This document shows positions 28,659-38,515 of a DNA stretch of 64,000 bases, piece by piece. This DNA comes from a virus (lineage: Duplodnaviria; Heunggongvirae; Uroviricota; Caudoviricetes). The translations under genes and the position numbers were made by a program. Where the stretch lies: positions 16,012 to 80,011 of the IMG/VR virus record IMGVR_UViG_3300001765_000035. One strand, 5' to 3'. Every line of letters starts with the position of its first letter. Within the stretch, counting starts at the first letter, position 1. The notes beneath the pieces were generated by a model, which searched no databases, was not told the origin of the DNA, and worked only from the letters and a program-made list of their open reading frames with translations.

Positions 28659-28931
28659 TTAAACTTTTTGTAGTTCTTTTATTGTTTTGTTTAGAAGTTT
28701 TATAAGGTTTTCTTTTTGTTCAGGTATTTTATTATACTTACTAAATACATCTTCTAAACATAGCTCGTCGTAAACATCTGGTACATTTGCATCATTGAGT
28801 TTAGTCCATATGTTTCCAGCAGTTTCTAAATACGCTTCTTCGTGTTCTTTACTGTTTTCAACAAAACCGCCAAATACATTTGTTATTTCTTTTATGAGGA
28901 TTAACTCTTCTTCTGTAAAAGCTATTAGCAT
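28659..28931 (-). CDS. hypothetical protein
   Basis: ORF. Confidence 0.45.
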   Translation of the reverse strand: MLIAFTEEELILIKEITNVFGGFVENSKEHEEAYLETAGNIWTKLNDANVPDVYDELCLEDVFSKYNKIPEQKENLIKLLNKTIKELQKV

Positions 28932-28938
28932 AATATTT

Positions 28939-29451
28939 TCACGTAATATCTGGATCTACGTAGTCAGTTGAAGCCCAATCTGCTGGATTTCCGCTTTCTA
29001 CAATTCTACGTAATGTTCGATCTGATACATCTCTCCATGTATTATGAAAAGATGTAAAGCCATTACGTAATTCATTACTTCTTGCCCTGTTTCTACGAGC
29101 ATCTGTAGTTAATGCTTGGATCTTAGCTTGTACACGATCGTCTGTACGAATTTCCCATAGGTTATGTTTATACTTTTTAGACATATACATACCACGTTGT
29201 GCTAGTACACGGTTAAAACGATTTTGCCATTGACTACGTTTATTTGTATGAGAAGTATGTGCGTTAATCACATCTTCAGGAGAAAGTCCTGTATAATTTG
29301 GTGCATACACACGAAATTCATGTAGTATTCTAGGTACTTCAAATTCCATCCCTGATACAAATAGCAAAGGGTTTTGGTTAATAAAGTTTCTAACTTGTTG
29401 CATTTTTCTAAACTCAGAGAATTCTCTTCTGTGCGCTCTTCTTAGTGACAT
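28939..29451 (-). CDS. hypothetical protein (basic, 170 aa)
   Basis: ORF. Confidence 0.5.
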   Translation of the reverse strand: MSLRRAHRREFSEFRKMQQVRNFINQNPLLFVSGMEFEVPRILHEFRVYAPNYTGLSPEDVINAHTSHTNKRSQWQNRFNRVLAQRGMYMSKKYKHNLWEIRTDDRVQAKIQALTTDARRNRARSNELRNGFTSFHNTWRDVSDRTLRRIVESGNPADWASTDYVDPDIT

Positions 29452-29473
29452 GTTCTTCTTTCCTTGTATAGGC

Positions 29474-30055
29474 TTATTTCCAGCCCAATGATTTTAGTCT
29501 ATGAAATACTCTTGCATCGAGTAAGTGTTTATTAGCTTCGAGATCTTGTCTGATATCTCTAGCATTAGCGTTAATTTGTAGATCAGGATGTTCGTTAAAA
29601 GATGAATGTTTTAATTCAAAACCATTATCTTTAAAGATGTCAGTATACCATGTATTTACGTACTGTTTTCCGTTATACCAAAAATCAGTACGGTCTACTT
29701 CTTTATTTGTATGATATATAACTACATCTTTTTGTAAGTATACTCTTGCTTTTTTAAAGTTAGTAAAATATATATACTTAGAAGTAACGGCTTTCATCAT
29801 TTGGTCATACCACAATGTCCAATTTGTAAAATCGTTTGAAGCTACGTGAATAAATAATTCATCAGGATATATAGAGTCTACAAGATACATACGTTGTTTT
29901 GCTGTTAATGGATTTTTAACAAGATCCCTATCATCATTAGAACTACCGTAAACTATTATAGGTATGCGACCATCTAACATTATCTCATTGATAATAGCTT
30001 GATGTCCCAGATGAAATGGTTGAAATCTGCCCATTATTAAGCCGTATTTTTTCAT
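29474..30055 (-). CDS. nicotinamide-nucleotide adenylyltransferase (NMNAT; cytidylyltransferase-fold)
   Basis: GRFQPFHLGH (HxGH nucleotidyltransferase motif) near the N-terminus; 193 aa; adjacent to NAMPT. Confidence 0.7.
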   Translation of the reverse strand: MKKYGLIMGRFQPFHLGHQAIINEIMLDGRIPIIVYGSSNDDRDLVKNPLTAKQRMYLVDSIYPDELFIHVASNDFTNWTLWYDQMMKAVTSKYIYFTNFKKARVYLQKDVVIYHTNKEVDRTDFWYNGKQYVNTWYTDIFKDNGFELKHSSFNEHPDLQINANARDIRQDLEANKHLLDARVFHRLKSLGWK

Positions 30056-30064
30056 TACTTATCC

Positions 30065-31489
30065 TTAGCGTTTTCGTATAGCGTCTAATGTATCATTTGA
30101 TAATAATTGTCCATTTAAATATACTGGATATAATACTTTTGTGTACTCTGAGTTTGGATCTTCTGCTTGAGCTACCGTTACGGTACAATATTTACCGTTA
30201 CGATTTAGCGCAGTTGTTACTTTACCCTTCTTTGATGTTTTTCCCGGATCTGTAATAGGATCTTTGAATATATCATGATCTACTGTTGTTGTCATATCAC
30301 CACCGAATTCTATTGTAGACCAATGTTCAGTAGTTATAGAACTACATTTAATAGCGAATTTACAAGTATCTCTTGTCATATTTTGCATTAAGTCTCCTCC
30401 TGATCCGAATATAAAGTTTTCAGCAGCGAATATTGGTCTATCGCTGTAGGTATGGGCTGTAAAATGTTGTAATATTTCTTCAATGTTCTCTGGTGTAATA
30501 CCATCACCCCAAAGAATTCTGTAGTTACTTGAAAATAGTTTACCTTGAATTGTTTCATCAAATACACCATTACAATGCATTATTTTTAACATACCTTCAA
30601 GTACTTCAATAGGATTACCACTATCTGGACGTAAAACTAACACCTGATGTGGTCTAGATTCTATAAGTTCTCTTACTTTTCCACCTTTTTTTGTACAAAC
30701 TTTAGTAAAATCATATACGTCATAACTATCTGCTACAAAGCTTAGAATATTACTGTCAGGATGTGCTTCTAGCATAAGAACTACAAACTCATGTTCTTTA
30801 TCTCTGCCATGAGAAGTAGTAGATGAATGTTCGGTAGCGAATACAGAGTATCCAGCAATTTCAGAGTTGTAATACTGTGTAGCATATGATAAACTATTAA
30901 AGTTATCTGTACCTTTGAAACCAGCTGATAAGTGGGCTATACCACCAATAGCTGCAGATTCTACTGAGGTTGCTCCTCGGTCTCCGAAGTTATGGTAAGC
31001 AAATTCAGCCCAGTCAGCTGATCCATATTTTAATAGCATCTGTTTTACATAATGAGACTTTGTAGCTACTGTAGTTGGGTACCATATTTTCATTAGGAGT
31101 GTTTCCAACCATCCAGCTATCCATGGAACTTTAGGATCTGTAGATTCTATTGTCATTAATACATTACCTGTTGGAATAAGACTTCCTTCCGGAACTGCTT
31201 TAATCTTGACGGGTAAGTTTCCATGTAATTCTTCTACAATATATTTCCACCCATTAAAATCAAAAGGTACTCCATGGGCTTCTGCGTAGTTAGATGCGTC
31301 ATAAATTTCTTTATATGTAATAGGTGTTGACAAGTACTTTTTAAGGTAGTATTGTAAACCAAAGAATTTAGTTGCAGGGTATACTCCACCTCTAGCTTCC
31401 ATATAATCATACATAGAAACCATGTTACGAGGGTACTGGGATGCATGACTATATTTATAGGAGTCTGCAAGCATTACTCTATTTTCCAT
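30065..31489 (-). CDS. nadV: nicotinamide phosphoribosyltransferase (NAMPT)
   Basis: 474 aa with AGFKGTDN and other NAMPT-family segments; typical NAMPT length. Confidence 0.8.
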   Translation of the reverse strand: MENRVMLADSYKYSHASQYPRNMVSMYDYMEARGGVYPATKFFGLQYYLKKYLSTPITYKEIYDASNYAEAHGVPFDFNGWKYIVEELHGNLPVKIKAVPEGSLIPTGNVLMTIESTDPKVPWIAGWLETLLMKIWYPTTVATKSHYVKQMLLKYGSADWAEFAYHNFGDRGATSVESAAIGGIAHLSAGFKGTDNFNSLSYATQYYNSEIAGYSVFATEHSSTTSHGRDKEHEFVVLMLEAHPDSNILSFVADSYDVYDFTKVCTKKGGKVRELIESRPHQVLVLRPDSGNPIEVLEGMLKIMHCNGVFDETIQGKLFSSNYRILWGDGITPENIEEILQHFTAHTYSDRPIFAAENFIFGSGGDLMQNMTRDTCKFAIKCSSITTEHWSTIEFGGDMTTTVDHDIFKDPITDPGKTSKKGKVTTALNRNGKYCTVTVAQAEDPNSEYTKVLYPVYLNGQLLSNDTLDAIRKR

Positions 31490-31491
31490 TG

Positions 31492-32031
31492 TTACTCCTT
31501 ATTATAAGCTTCTGCGAAGTATCGCAATAAAATTAATGGTGCCTTCCAGTCTTGAGTAGCTTCTACAACGTCTTGAGGACTTAACCAAGCTACAGTAGAT
31601 CCGAATTCATGTTCTTCAAGAGCTTTATCACCTACAGGTATATCTGTAACATCAACACAGAAGAGGTGGCAGTATTGATTCATCTGTGTACTTACGAGTA
31701 CTTTACCGAGGTAGTGTATATTAGATATATCTACAATATACCCAGATTCTTCCTTTACTTCTTCTTGAACAAGTTCCGGTAATGAAATATCTTTATCTAG
31801 AGAACCGCCAAAGGCAGTAGTTCTAAATTCTTTTTCACCTAATGGTGGTTTAGGTTCGTTAATAAGACCGAATGTATAATCTGTTTTATTGTGTAAAACA
31901 AAAGCTACAGAGTCAACTCCTGCACGCTCACCGTAGATGTAGTAACCATCTGCTTTACGTACTGTAAAGAATGGATCTCCGTTTGCATTTACTTCTTCAC
32001 TTTTCCATAGGATAGGGTGGTTATTTTTCAT
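31492..32031 (-). CDS. Nudix-family hydrolase (degenerate Nudix box), possible ADP-ribose pyrophosphatase
   Basis: QEEVKEESGY matches the REx2EExGU core with R to Q/E substitution; 179 aa; NAD-module context. Confidence 0.45.
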   Translation of the reverse strand: MKNNHPILWKSEEVNANGDPFFTVRKADGYYIYGERAGVDSVAFVLHNKTDYTFGLINEPKPPLGEKEFRTTAFGGSLDKDISLPELVQEEVKEESGYIVDISNIHYLGKVLVSTQMNQYCHLFCVDVTDIPVGDKALEEHEFGSTVAWLSPQDVVEATQDWKAPLILLRYFAEAYNKE

Positions 32032-32251
32032 TGTTTAACTCTTTCGCTAAATTAGCATTTTGTTTAATAAAATCATTACAATCTTTTACCCATACTGTTT
32101 CGTTTTGATAGTTTGAAAGAATATTTGGACATTCTTCTAAACCTTGTTCTGCGTATAAAGCAGTTTTATCAAATACTTCAACGATAGTTAATCCTATTGT
32201 TGTAAATAAACTTAAACTTATCATTAGTATTACAAACCATTTTGCTTCCAT
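32021..32251 (-). CDS. small membrane protein (76 aa, one TM)
   Basis: N-terminal hydrophobic helix. Confidence 0.45.
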   Translation of the reverse strand: MEAKWFVILMISLSLFTTIGLTIVEVFDKTALYAEQGLEECPNILSNYQNETVWVKDCNDFIKQNANLAKELNNEK

Positions 32252-32450
32252 ATTAATCCTTTGGTAATTCTGGGTTTTTATTTTTCATTTTGTTCTTTTT
32301 TTATTTTGACAGCTAGCTCTAAAAGTAATACTTTATAAGGTAACTCATTTCTATTTGATAATATAAATAAAGCAGTTCTAACCTCTGCTTGATAGACACT
32401 AAATTTGTTATCTAATATTTCATCAATTTCTTCATCACTTATGTACATAG

Positions 32451-33044
32451 TTATTTCATTTCACCAAATAGTTGTCCTATGTAAGGAATAATAGTTTCAA
32501 AACTCACTAACGGTGTATAATCATGTGTCATTAACATTCCATCAATATGTATAACTTCAGCTATTTCTATTCTACCGCAAGAAGATTTACATATTATAGC
32601 ATCCCCTATTCGTGGTGTCCATAGTGCATAGAAATCAAGTAAAACTGTATGAGCCAATAACTCCTTAAGTCTCTTGCTTGTTAATAGTTCTATATGTCTA
32701 GCTCCTCTTGTAGAGGAAATCCAATCACCTACTTTAAATTTAGGTTCATCAGGCTTGATACGATATCTGCAAGGAGGTAAATCCCATCTACAAAGAGATT
32801 TACTCCAATCTAGTCCTGTGTTATCTTGAACTTCTTTACCATCTGCAACGGCTTTACGAAATTCTGCGTATTTATCATCCATAATATATGTAGTATCATC
32901 TTCCCATCTTGCCCCATTTCCATTGCTTAAAGTCCACCACGCTCGGGTTCTAAAATCATTTCCGTTAACCTTAAATAGAACTTTACCTCCGTCTAGCCAA
33001 TAGTCAAAACATTGTTTATTCTCTATAATTACTTCTTTGTTCAT
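32451..33044 (-). CDS. hypothetical protein
   Basis: ORF. Confidence 0.5.
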   Translation of the reverse strand: MNKEVIIENKQCFDYWLDGGKVLFKVNGNDFRTRAWWTLSNGNGARWEDDTTYIMDDKYAEFRKAVADGKEVQDNTGLDWSKSLCRWDLPPCRYRIKPDEPKFKVGDWISSTRGARHIELLTSKRLKELLAHTVLLDFYALWTPRIGDAIICKSSCGRIEIAEVIHIDGMLMTHDYTPLVSFETIIPYIGQLFGEMK

Positions 33045-33117
33045 TAGTGTGTTCCTTTTAGTAGTTTATTACATACAATTGTTCGTGTGTCATGTTAGCT
33101 TCTTTTAGTTATGATAA

Positions 33118-34368
33118 CTATACTTCTTCTAGCTCGAGCTTAACTCTAGACGCTTTACCTATATAGTAAGGAACCATAGTCCAACCAGTTGCTCCTGGCT
33201 GTCTAAGGATATTTGTTGCTTTTTCTAGTGCTTTCTTCCCGCTGAAGTTTTCAGTAAGTACTAATCTTCCACTGAAATCATAGTATTGTGCAATGAGTGA
33301 AGGTTTTGCTTCAAGTGCTGTTTTAATTTTAGCTTCTTTGCCTGCATCGATTGATACAACTTTACCGTTTACTTTTACTTCTACATTTACTTCTTTCATT
33401 GTTTCCTCCTGTGGAATTATTATTTGTTGGCTATTACTAGCAATTGTGTTACTGTTAACTATATTACTAGCAACGGTACATTCATAAGCTTGAGTTAAAA
33501 CACCTACAGTAGTTGCTGCTGTTGTTAGATTAGTTATTGGATTATCTATAAACGGATCTTCTGATACTTTAGTATCTGATTCTTCTTTATGTTTTATTAT
33601 TACGAAATTTGAAGTAGCAAAGTATTTTGTGTAACCAACTAGAAAAAACAAAGCATTATTAGGTTGTGTTTTTTCTACGATGCATACTGTTCCTATTTTT
33701 ATTATACCGTTATCTCCATATATTTTTACTACAGTGTCACCTTCTTTAGCAGTTGATCCTTTTGGTAATGTATCTAACCATTCACAGCTTTTCCCTATAG
33801 TATGACTATAAGCAGAACCGTTAACGTCATCAGCTAATACCCATATTGTTTCTGTAGTACCTTTTTGTACAATTTTTGAACCTACTGGATGTCCACTATT
33901 ACGTATAGTTGCAATTGCAATACGTTGATCTGATTTATCTGATACCGTTTTTGTTTTATTTGGAAAAGTTTTATCGTAATTAGTATGTAACCATTCCCTC
34001 ATTTTTGTAGATGTTTCTTTAGATAAAGAAAATAATTTATCATACGATGAATTACGCTCTCCCCATGAAGTTATAGGACCACTTCTATAATTGTGTCTAA
34101 CCTTAATAGATCTATCTTTATATAGAACATGAGTATATACTATAATAGTTTTATTTATCTCTTTCCAGTATTCTATGTATGCTTGAGTTCCCCATTCAGG
34201 TTCAACAGGTTGATATAATTCGATATAAGATTCATCATAAACACCTGTTAAATCTTGTATTCTATATTCACCATTATGTTTACATACTGATTCTATAGTT
34301 CCATACATGTTTCCTGGGAATTCTTTACGCTGTACTTTATCTCCTGCTTTATACTTATGTATAGCCAT
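33118..34368 (-). CDS. hypothetical protein (416 aa)
   Basis: ORF; plus-strand 33293..33487 inside it rejected. Confidence 0.55.
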   Translation of the reverse strand: MAIHKYKAGDKVQRKEFPGNMYGTIESVCKHNGEYRIQDLTGVYDESYIELYQPVEPEWGTQAYIEYWKEINKTIIVYTHVLYKDRSIKVRHNYRSGPITSWGERNSSYDKLFSLSKETSTKMREWLHTNYDKTFPNKTKTVSDKSDQRIAIATIRNSGHPVGSKIVQKGTTETIWVLADDVNGSAYSHTIGKSCEWLDTLPKGSTAKEGDTVVKIYGDNGIIKIGTVCIVEKTQPNNALFFLVGYTKYFATSNFVIIKHKEESDTKVSEDPFIDNPITNLTTAATTVGVLTQAYECTVASNIVNSNTIASNSQQIIIPQEETMKEVNVEVKVNGKVVSIDAGKEAKIKTALEAKPSLIAQYYDFSGRLVLTENFSGKKALEKATNILRQPGATGWTMVPYYIGKASRVKLELEEV

Positions 34369-34855
34369 TTGTGTTCCTTTAGTAGTTTTAATTATTACAC
34401 CCTAGCATTCTATTAATTTTATCATTTATTAACTCATGATATCGTTCTAGCGTTATTAGTTTATGTTTTAATAAAACACATAAGGGTATAGCTTTTTTAG
34501 CTTGTACTTTTTTCATTATAGTTCCTATATATTTACTTTTGAAAGAGTACTTGGGTTAGTTACTGCAGAACCACCGTGTTCTATACTCTTACAAAAATAA
34601 ATTATGTTATTCGTTTTTTAAGTACTTTAAGTAACAGTCCATAGCTTCTCGGTACGTTGGTATGATAAGATCTGTGTCTTCTCATATTACGCAGCACTAT
34701 AGAAAGTACTGACCTATCCACGACTCTACTGATGGTGACTGTTAGTTAAAATACTTGGGGCGGATTGTAGGATTTTAACCTCTGACCGGTTTTAACCACA
34801 GGTCTTTAACAATATGTTTAGCAAATGGTTAATTTTAACTTTTCTATCCGCATAA

Positions 34856-34937
34856 GGTGCACCATACCGGACTCGAACCGGTAACTGTCCTCTTTGAGGT
34901 CCTCTTTCCGTGCAAATATGCTCTGAGCTAGTGGTGC
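34856..34937 (-). tRNA. tRNA-like element, atypical (82 nt, T-arm and acceptor canonical, D/anticodon region not resolvable by hand)
   Basis: Acceptor gcacca/tggtgc, T-arm accgg-TTCGAGT-ccggt; internal aaagagga direct repeat; could be a pseudo or unusual type-II tRNA. Confidence 0.3.
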
Positions 34938-34944
34938 GTATTTA

Positions 34945-35020
34945 GGTCGCGACACAAGGACTTGAACCTCGGACCTCCTGCTCCTGATGCAGGCGTTCTA
35001 CCAAACTGAACTATGTCGCA
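34945..35020 (-). tRNA. tRNA, anticodon read as CAG
   Basis: D-arm gttc-agtttggta-gaac, anticodon arm cctgc-atCAGga-gcagg, T-arm with TTCAAGT loop, 7-bp acceptor with U1-G72 wobble. Confidence 0.6.
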
Positions 35021-35026
35021 GTTTTA

Positions 35027-35103
35027 GGTCACAATACCAGGAATCGAACCCGGGACCTCCGCTATATGCATGCGGTGCTCTTCCAAGACTGAGCTATATT
35101 GTA
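35027..35103 (-). tRNA. tRNA, anticodon probably CAU
   Basis: D-arm gctc-agtcttggaa-gagc, T-arm ccggg-TTCGATT-cctgg, acceptor 7 bp; anticodon stem ccgc/gcgg with CAT centred in loop. Confidence 0.5.
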
Positions 35104-35146
35104 ATATAAACCTACGATGTAGGTAATAAAACCTACAAAGTAGTTA

Positions 35147-35359
35147 TTAATGGAAAGCTTTTGTAAGCTTATTTCTCCATGGTTTGTGTTGATCATCTCC
35201 AACCATAACGTACATTCGTCGGAGGTTTCTATGGCGGTCACGTCGTGGTAATTTATTACCCTCTAGTGTACGTTCGCCTTGTTGTGGAAAGGTTATTTCC
35301 GGATCACGAGTTTGTTTTCTTAGGAAATATTTGATATTTCTACTTTGCTGCGTTAACAT
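35147..35359 (-). CDS. small basic protein (70 aa)
   Basis: ORF. Confidence 0.4.
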   Translation of the reverse strand: MLTQQSRNIKYFLRKQTRDPEITFPQQGERTLEGNKLPRRDRHRNLRRMYVMVGDDQHKPWRNKLTKAFH

Positions 35360-35609
35360 TTTGTTCCTTTACATCATATGAACATCTTTGCAATAGTCTT
35401 TGTCCTGAATATACAGTTTCGACTCTAGGTACGAATTCATTCGCTTGTGCTTCTGTCATATGTTTTGTTTGAGAATGTACTCTGTTTCCCAGTTTAAATG
35501 TAGCAATGTACATGTGTATTTCTTTACCTGTGTCAGATTTCTTCTTGTGAGTAGATTTCTTCTCGAGGGTTAGGTTTGTTACATCGATTGTTTTTTTATT
35601 TTTGTTCAC
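35340..35609 (-). CDS. small basic protein (89 aa)
   Basis: ORF. Confidence 0.4.
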   Translation of the reverse strand: MNKNKKTIDVTNLTLEKKSTHKKKSDTGKEIHMYIATFKLGNRVHSQTKHMTEAQANEFVPRVETVYSGQRLLQRCSYDVKEQNVNAAK

Positions 35610-35662
35610 GTTGTTTCCTTACTTTACGCCTTAATAGGCTTCGTCGTAGTTGTTGGCTGTTG

Positions 35663-36049
35663 TTACAGCGCCTCTAATTCTTTTTTAAGTTCATCAAGAG
35701 ATTTACCTTTGAGTTCTTCGTCTTGCTTATCAGCCATAATAGCCATGATATGCTTTTTACGATCATTCTTTTCTCTGAGTGTTTTCGCAGCATCTTGTTC
35801 TTCAAGTTTTACAGCGATGATGTGCTTAAGAATTCCCATCTTAAGAGTTAGAGAAGTATTCTCTACAGAGATAGGAGCTACAAAGCTTTCCTCTTCAGTA
35901 GTTTTAATCTCTTTATTGACCGCTTTTGCAATCGTATCAAGATCTACTCTTGTTTTTGATTGTAGTGGTAGGTCCCATAGGTCTTCTACAGATAGCATAC
36001 CTGCAGCGGACGCAAAACGTAGTTTTTGTCTTGTTGCTTTTTCGAACAT
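35663..36049 (-). CDS. coiled-coil protein (128 aa)
   Basis: ORF; preferred over plus-strand 35709..36158. Confidence 0.5.
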   Translation of the reverse strand: MFEKATRQKLRFASAAGMLSVEDLWDLPLQSKTRVDLDTIAKAVNKEIKTTEEESFVAPISVENTSLTLKMGILKHIIAVKLEEQDAAKTLREKNDRKKHIMAIMADKQDEELKGKSLDELKKELEAL

Positions 36050-36051
36050 AA

Positions 36052-36318
36052 TTACTCCTTTCCTTTTAATAGATTTGCAATGTTTTGTTTTAAGGCAGCA
36101 CCTGTTTGTGCAATTTCGTCTAAAGCTTGAATGTCATCTTGTGTTGCTTTTTCGATAGCTTCCCACTGTTTTTTCTTAGTAGTAAGTTCTTGCTTCTTCA
36201 AGTTTTTTTCTAGATGAGTTTGTTTAATACCCTCTTCTAGATCTTTAACCAAAGAAGTAATACTATTAATAGCTTTAGAGATTTTATCTTTACCGGATAA
36301 TTTAAATACGTCTAACAT
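36052..36318 (-). CDS. coiled-coil protein (88 aa)
   Basis: ORF. Confidence 0.5.
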   Translation of the reverse strand: MLDVFKLSGKDKISKAINSITSLVKDLEEGIKQTHLEKNLKKQELTTKKKQWEAIEKATQDDIQALDEIAQTGAALKQNIANLLKGKE

Positions 36319-36334
36319 ACAGTATTTCCTTTCT

Positions 36335-38329
36335 TTAAAATTGAATGTCTAGTACACGAGTTACTGTGCCATGTACTTTTACGATTAGGTTATCTCTCTT
36401 TGTAGATGAGAAACCGATTCCTGATAGTTGATGATCAACTATTTCCGGTTTTGTTTTAGTAGCAAGTACTTCAAATACTTTTCTGTGTTTGTCATATTTA
36501 GCGTTAAGGAATTCGTTGTAGAAACCTCTTGGTTGTTCTTCGTTGATACAGTCTTTAAGCATAAAGAAATAATGCTTATTACCGATTGTCTGATCATCCC
36601 AGTAATTAGGAGATAAAGTTACCATGTTTACAGGTTCAAACTCTTGAGTTTTTATACTCCAAAGATTTTTTGAAGTAGTTGTTGTTGGCATGTAAGGAGT
36701 TATGGTAAACTCATTACCTTTTTTAGTTACAGTAGCTACTTTTGTGTCACGACTACAAGCTCCTTCATGAAAGAATTCATAGATTGTTCCGTTAAACTCA
36801 ATTTCAGCAGAGAAATTACGACCATTCCTGTTAGCGTAGGTGTTAACACTAAACGTATAATCGCCATCAGGCATTTTGTTTATGTCAGTGTAGATGATGT
36901 TTTCAACTGCAGGTTTTCCAGACGGGTGCATAATATCTACATCAAGAGTTCCTGAGAAAGGACTTTGTTTTTTACCGTAGTAGATATGTCCACCTTTAGG
37001 TTCATTGCAATGAGCATCTAGATCGTTTAGGTTATCGTTTTCTGTATTCCACTGAATAGAGAAGCGAAGTACACCTTCAACGTTACCACCAAATGATTTA
37101 ACACGTTCTTTCATAGAATCTGTCACACCACCGGAGTAACTCCATGTGAAGTTGTTGTTCCATTTAAGAATGTTAGGAGCATCAGCATCTGTAGGTGCTA
37201 TTAATGATACGAGGTTGGCTTTGTGACGGTTTTCTACCATTACCTCAAGTGATTGGGTAGTAGGTAGTACTTTCGTGATGAAATCGTCAATAGAGATCTT
37301 TTCTACTTTAGAGAAGTCTTTAGTAGTTTTAACTTCAGTCATAAGAAGATTCTGAAGTGAATCAGCATCTTTCATTACTTTTGCAGTTGTTCTATCTACG
37401 AATAGTACGTTGTTAATGCTGATGTCTTCAGGAGTTGCAAAACGTCTTTTAAGTGCAGACTCGATACCTTCATCCTGAATAGTTTTCATCGCTTGATCAA
37501 TCATACCCTTAGTAATAAGAGCTGTTGGTCTTTTGTAGTTAGTAGGTGCTACTTTTACTTCAAATGATTTTACAGCTACTTCTAAATCTACACCATCTGA
37601 TAAGTCAGTAAGGAGTGTACCGATTACAGAGTTTCTGATACGGAATCCTGGTTTTTTGAAGCTGGTCCAGATAAAGATATCTTTTTCAACATCTGATTGA
37701 AGTTTTAAATAAGCTGTTTGAAGCTGTTTAAAGTTTTGAAGTACAGATAGATGTTCTTCACCACGATAGATTGAGTTTTGTGCAATAAGTTCTAATAGAA
37801 CATCTACAACCCCGGGCTGAATTTCTTCGAAACCACGAGTACCTACCTGAATAGTAGATACAATATCACTAAGTACTGAACCCTCAATACTGATATTTTG
37901 AGTAGGAACTTTAGCATAAAAATGGTTCCAAACTTTTACAGAATTGTCTGCCAATAGTTGTTGAGAATTTTTTGTACCTACTGCACCTTGATGTGTAGAT
38001 AACGGTTGTTTGATACGTTTTGTACGTACAAAAGCAGCAAGAGCACTTGCAACATCTTGATAGAAGTCAGGTGCTATAACATCCCAAATAGATACAATTA
38101 CATCATCGATGATAGCTACAGTATTTCCAACATCTCTGATAAAGTTTTTACAACAGTTGCAAGTATGTTCTGTTCTTTCTTTGTACAGAGGATCAGTACC
38201 TTCAGGGAAAGATGATAGGTATAAAGTGAACAGTTCGTCTTTATCTACGTCTACCTCGAAAAGGTTATGTTGTTTCATGATGTTGAATTGTGCTTCAACA
38301 GCTTCTGAGAACGCTTTAAAATTTGCCAT
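36335..38329 (-). CDS. hypothetical protein (664 aa)
   Basis: Long ORF; several plus-strand shadow ORFs inside rejected. Confidence 0.6.
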   Translation of the reverse strand: MANFKAFSEAVEAQFNIMKQHNLFEVDVDKDELFTLYLSSFPEGTDPLYKERTEHTCNCCKNFIRDVGNTVAIIDDVIVSIWDVIAPDFYQDVASALAAFVRTKRIKQPLSTHQGAVGTKNSQQLLADNSVKVWNHFYAKVPTQNISIEGSVLSDIVSTIQVGTRGFEEIQPGVVDVLLELIAQNSIYRGEEHLSVLQNFKQLQTAYLKLQSDVEKDIFIWTSFKKPGFRIRNSVIGTLLTDLSDGVDLEVAVKSFEVKVAPTNYKRPTALITKGMIDQAMKTIQDEGIESALKRRFATPEDISINNVLFVDRTTAKVMKDADSLQNLLMTEVKTTKDFSKVEKISIDDFITKVLPTTQSLEVMVENRHKANLVSLIAPTDADAPNILKWNNNFTWSYSGGVTDSMKERVKSFGGNVEGVLRFSIQWNTENDNLNDLDAHCNEPKGGHIYYGKKQSPFSGTLDVDIMHPSGKPAVENIIYTDINKMPDGDYTFSVNTYANRNGRNFSAEIEFNGTIYEFFHEGACSRDTKVATVTKKGNEFTITPYMPTTTTSKNLWSIKTQEFEPVNMVTLSPNYWDDQTIGNKHYFFMLKDCINEEQPRGFYNEFLNAKYDKHRKVFEVLATKTKPEIVDHQLSGIGFSSTKRDNLIVKVHGTVTRVLDIQF

Positions 38330-38377
38330 TTTTACGCCTTTATATTTTATTTATTTTTTTGTTTATTGTGGGTGAGA

Positions 38378-38500
38378 CTAACCGCATTTATTACAACCAA
38401 ACCAAGTCACGTCATCCCATAAGTCTTTACTGCCGCATCTTGGACATATACCACTAAAAGGTACATATCCATCAGCTTTAAAGTTAAACCATTTATACAT
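38378..38500 (-). CDS. small zinc-ribbon protein (40 aa, CPRC..CNKC)
   Basis: Hand-translated MYKWFNFKADGYVPFSGICPRCGSKDLWDDVTWFGCNKCG. Confidence 0.35.
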   Translation of the reverse strand: MYKWFNFKADGYVPFSGICPRCGSKDLWDDVTWFGCNKCG

Positions 38501-38515
38501 AGTTTGTAGCTTTAG

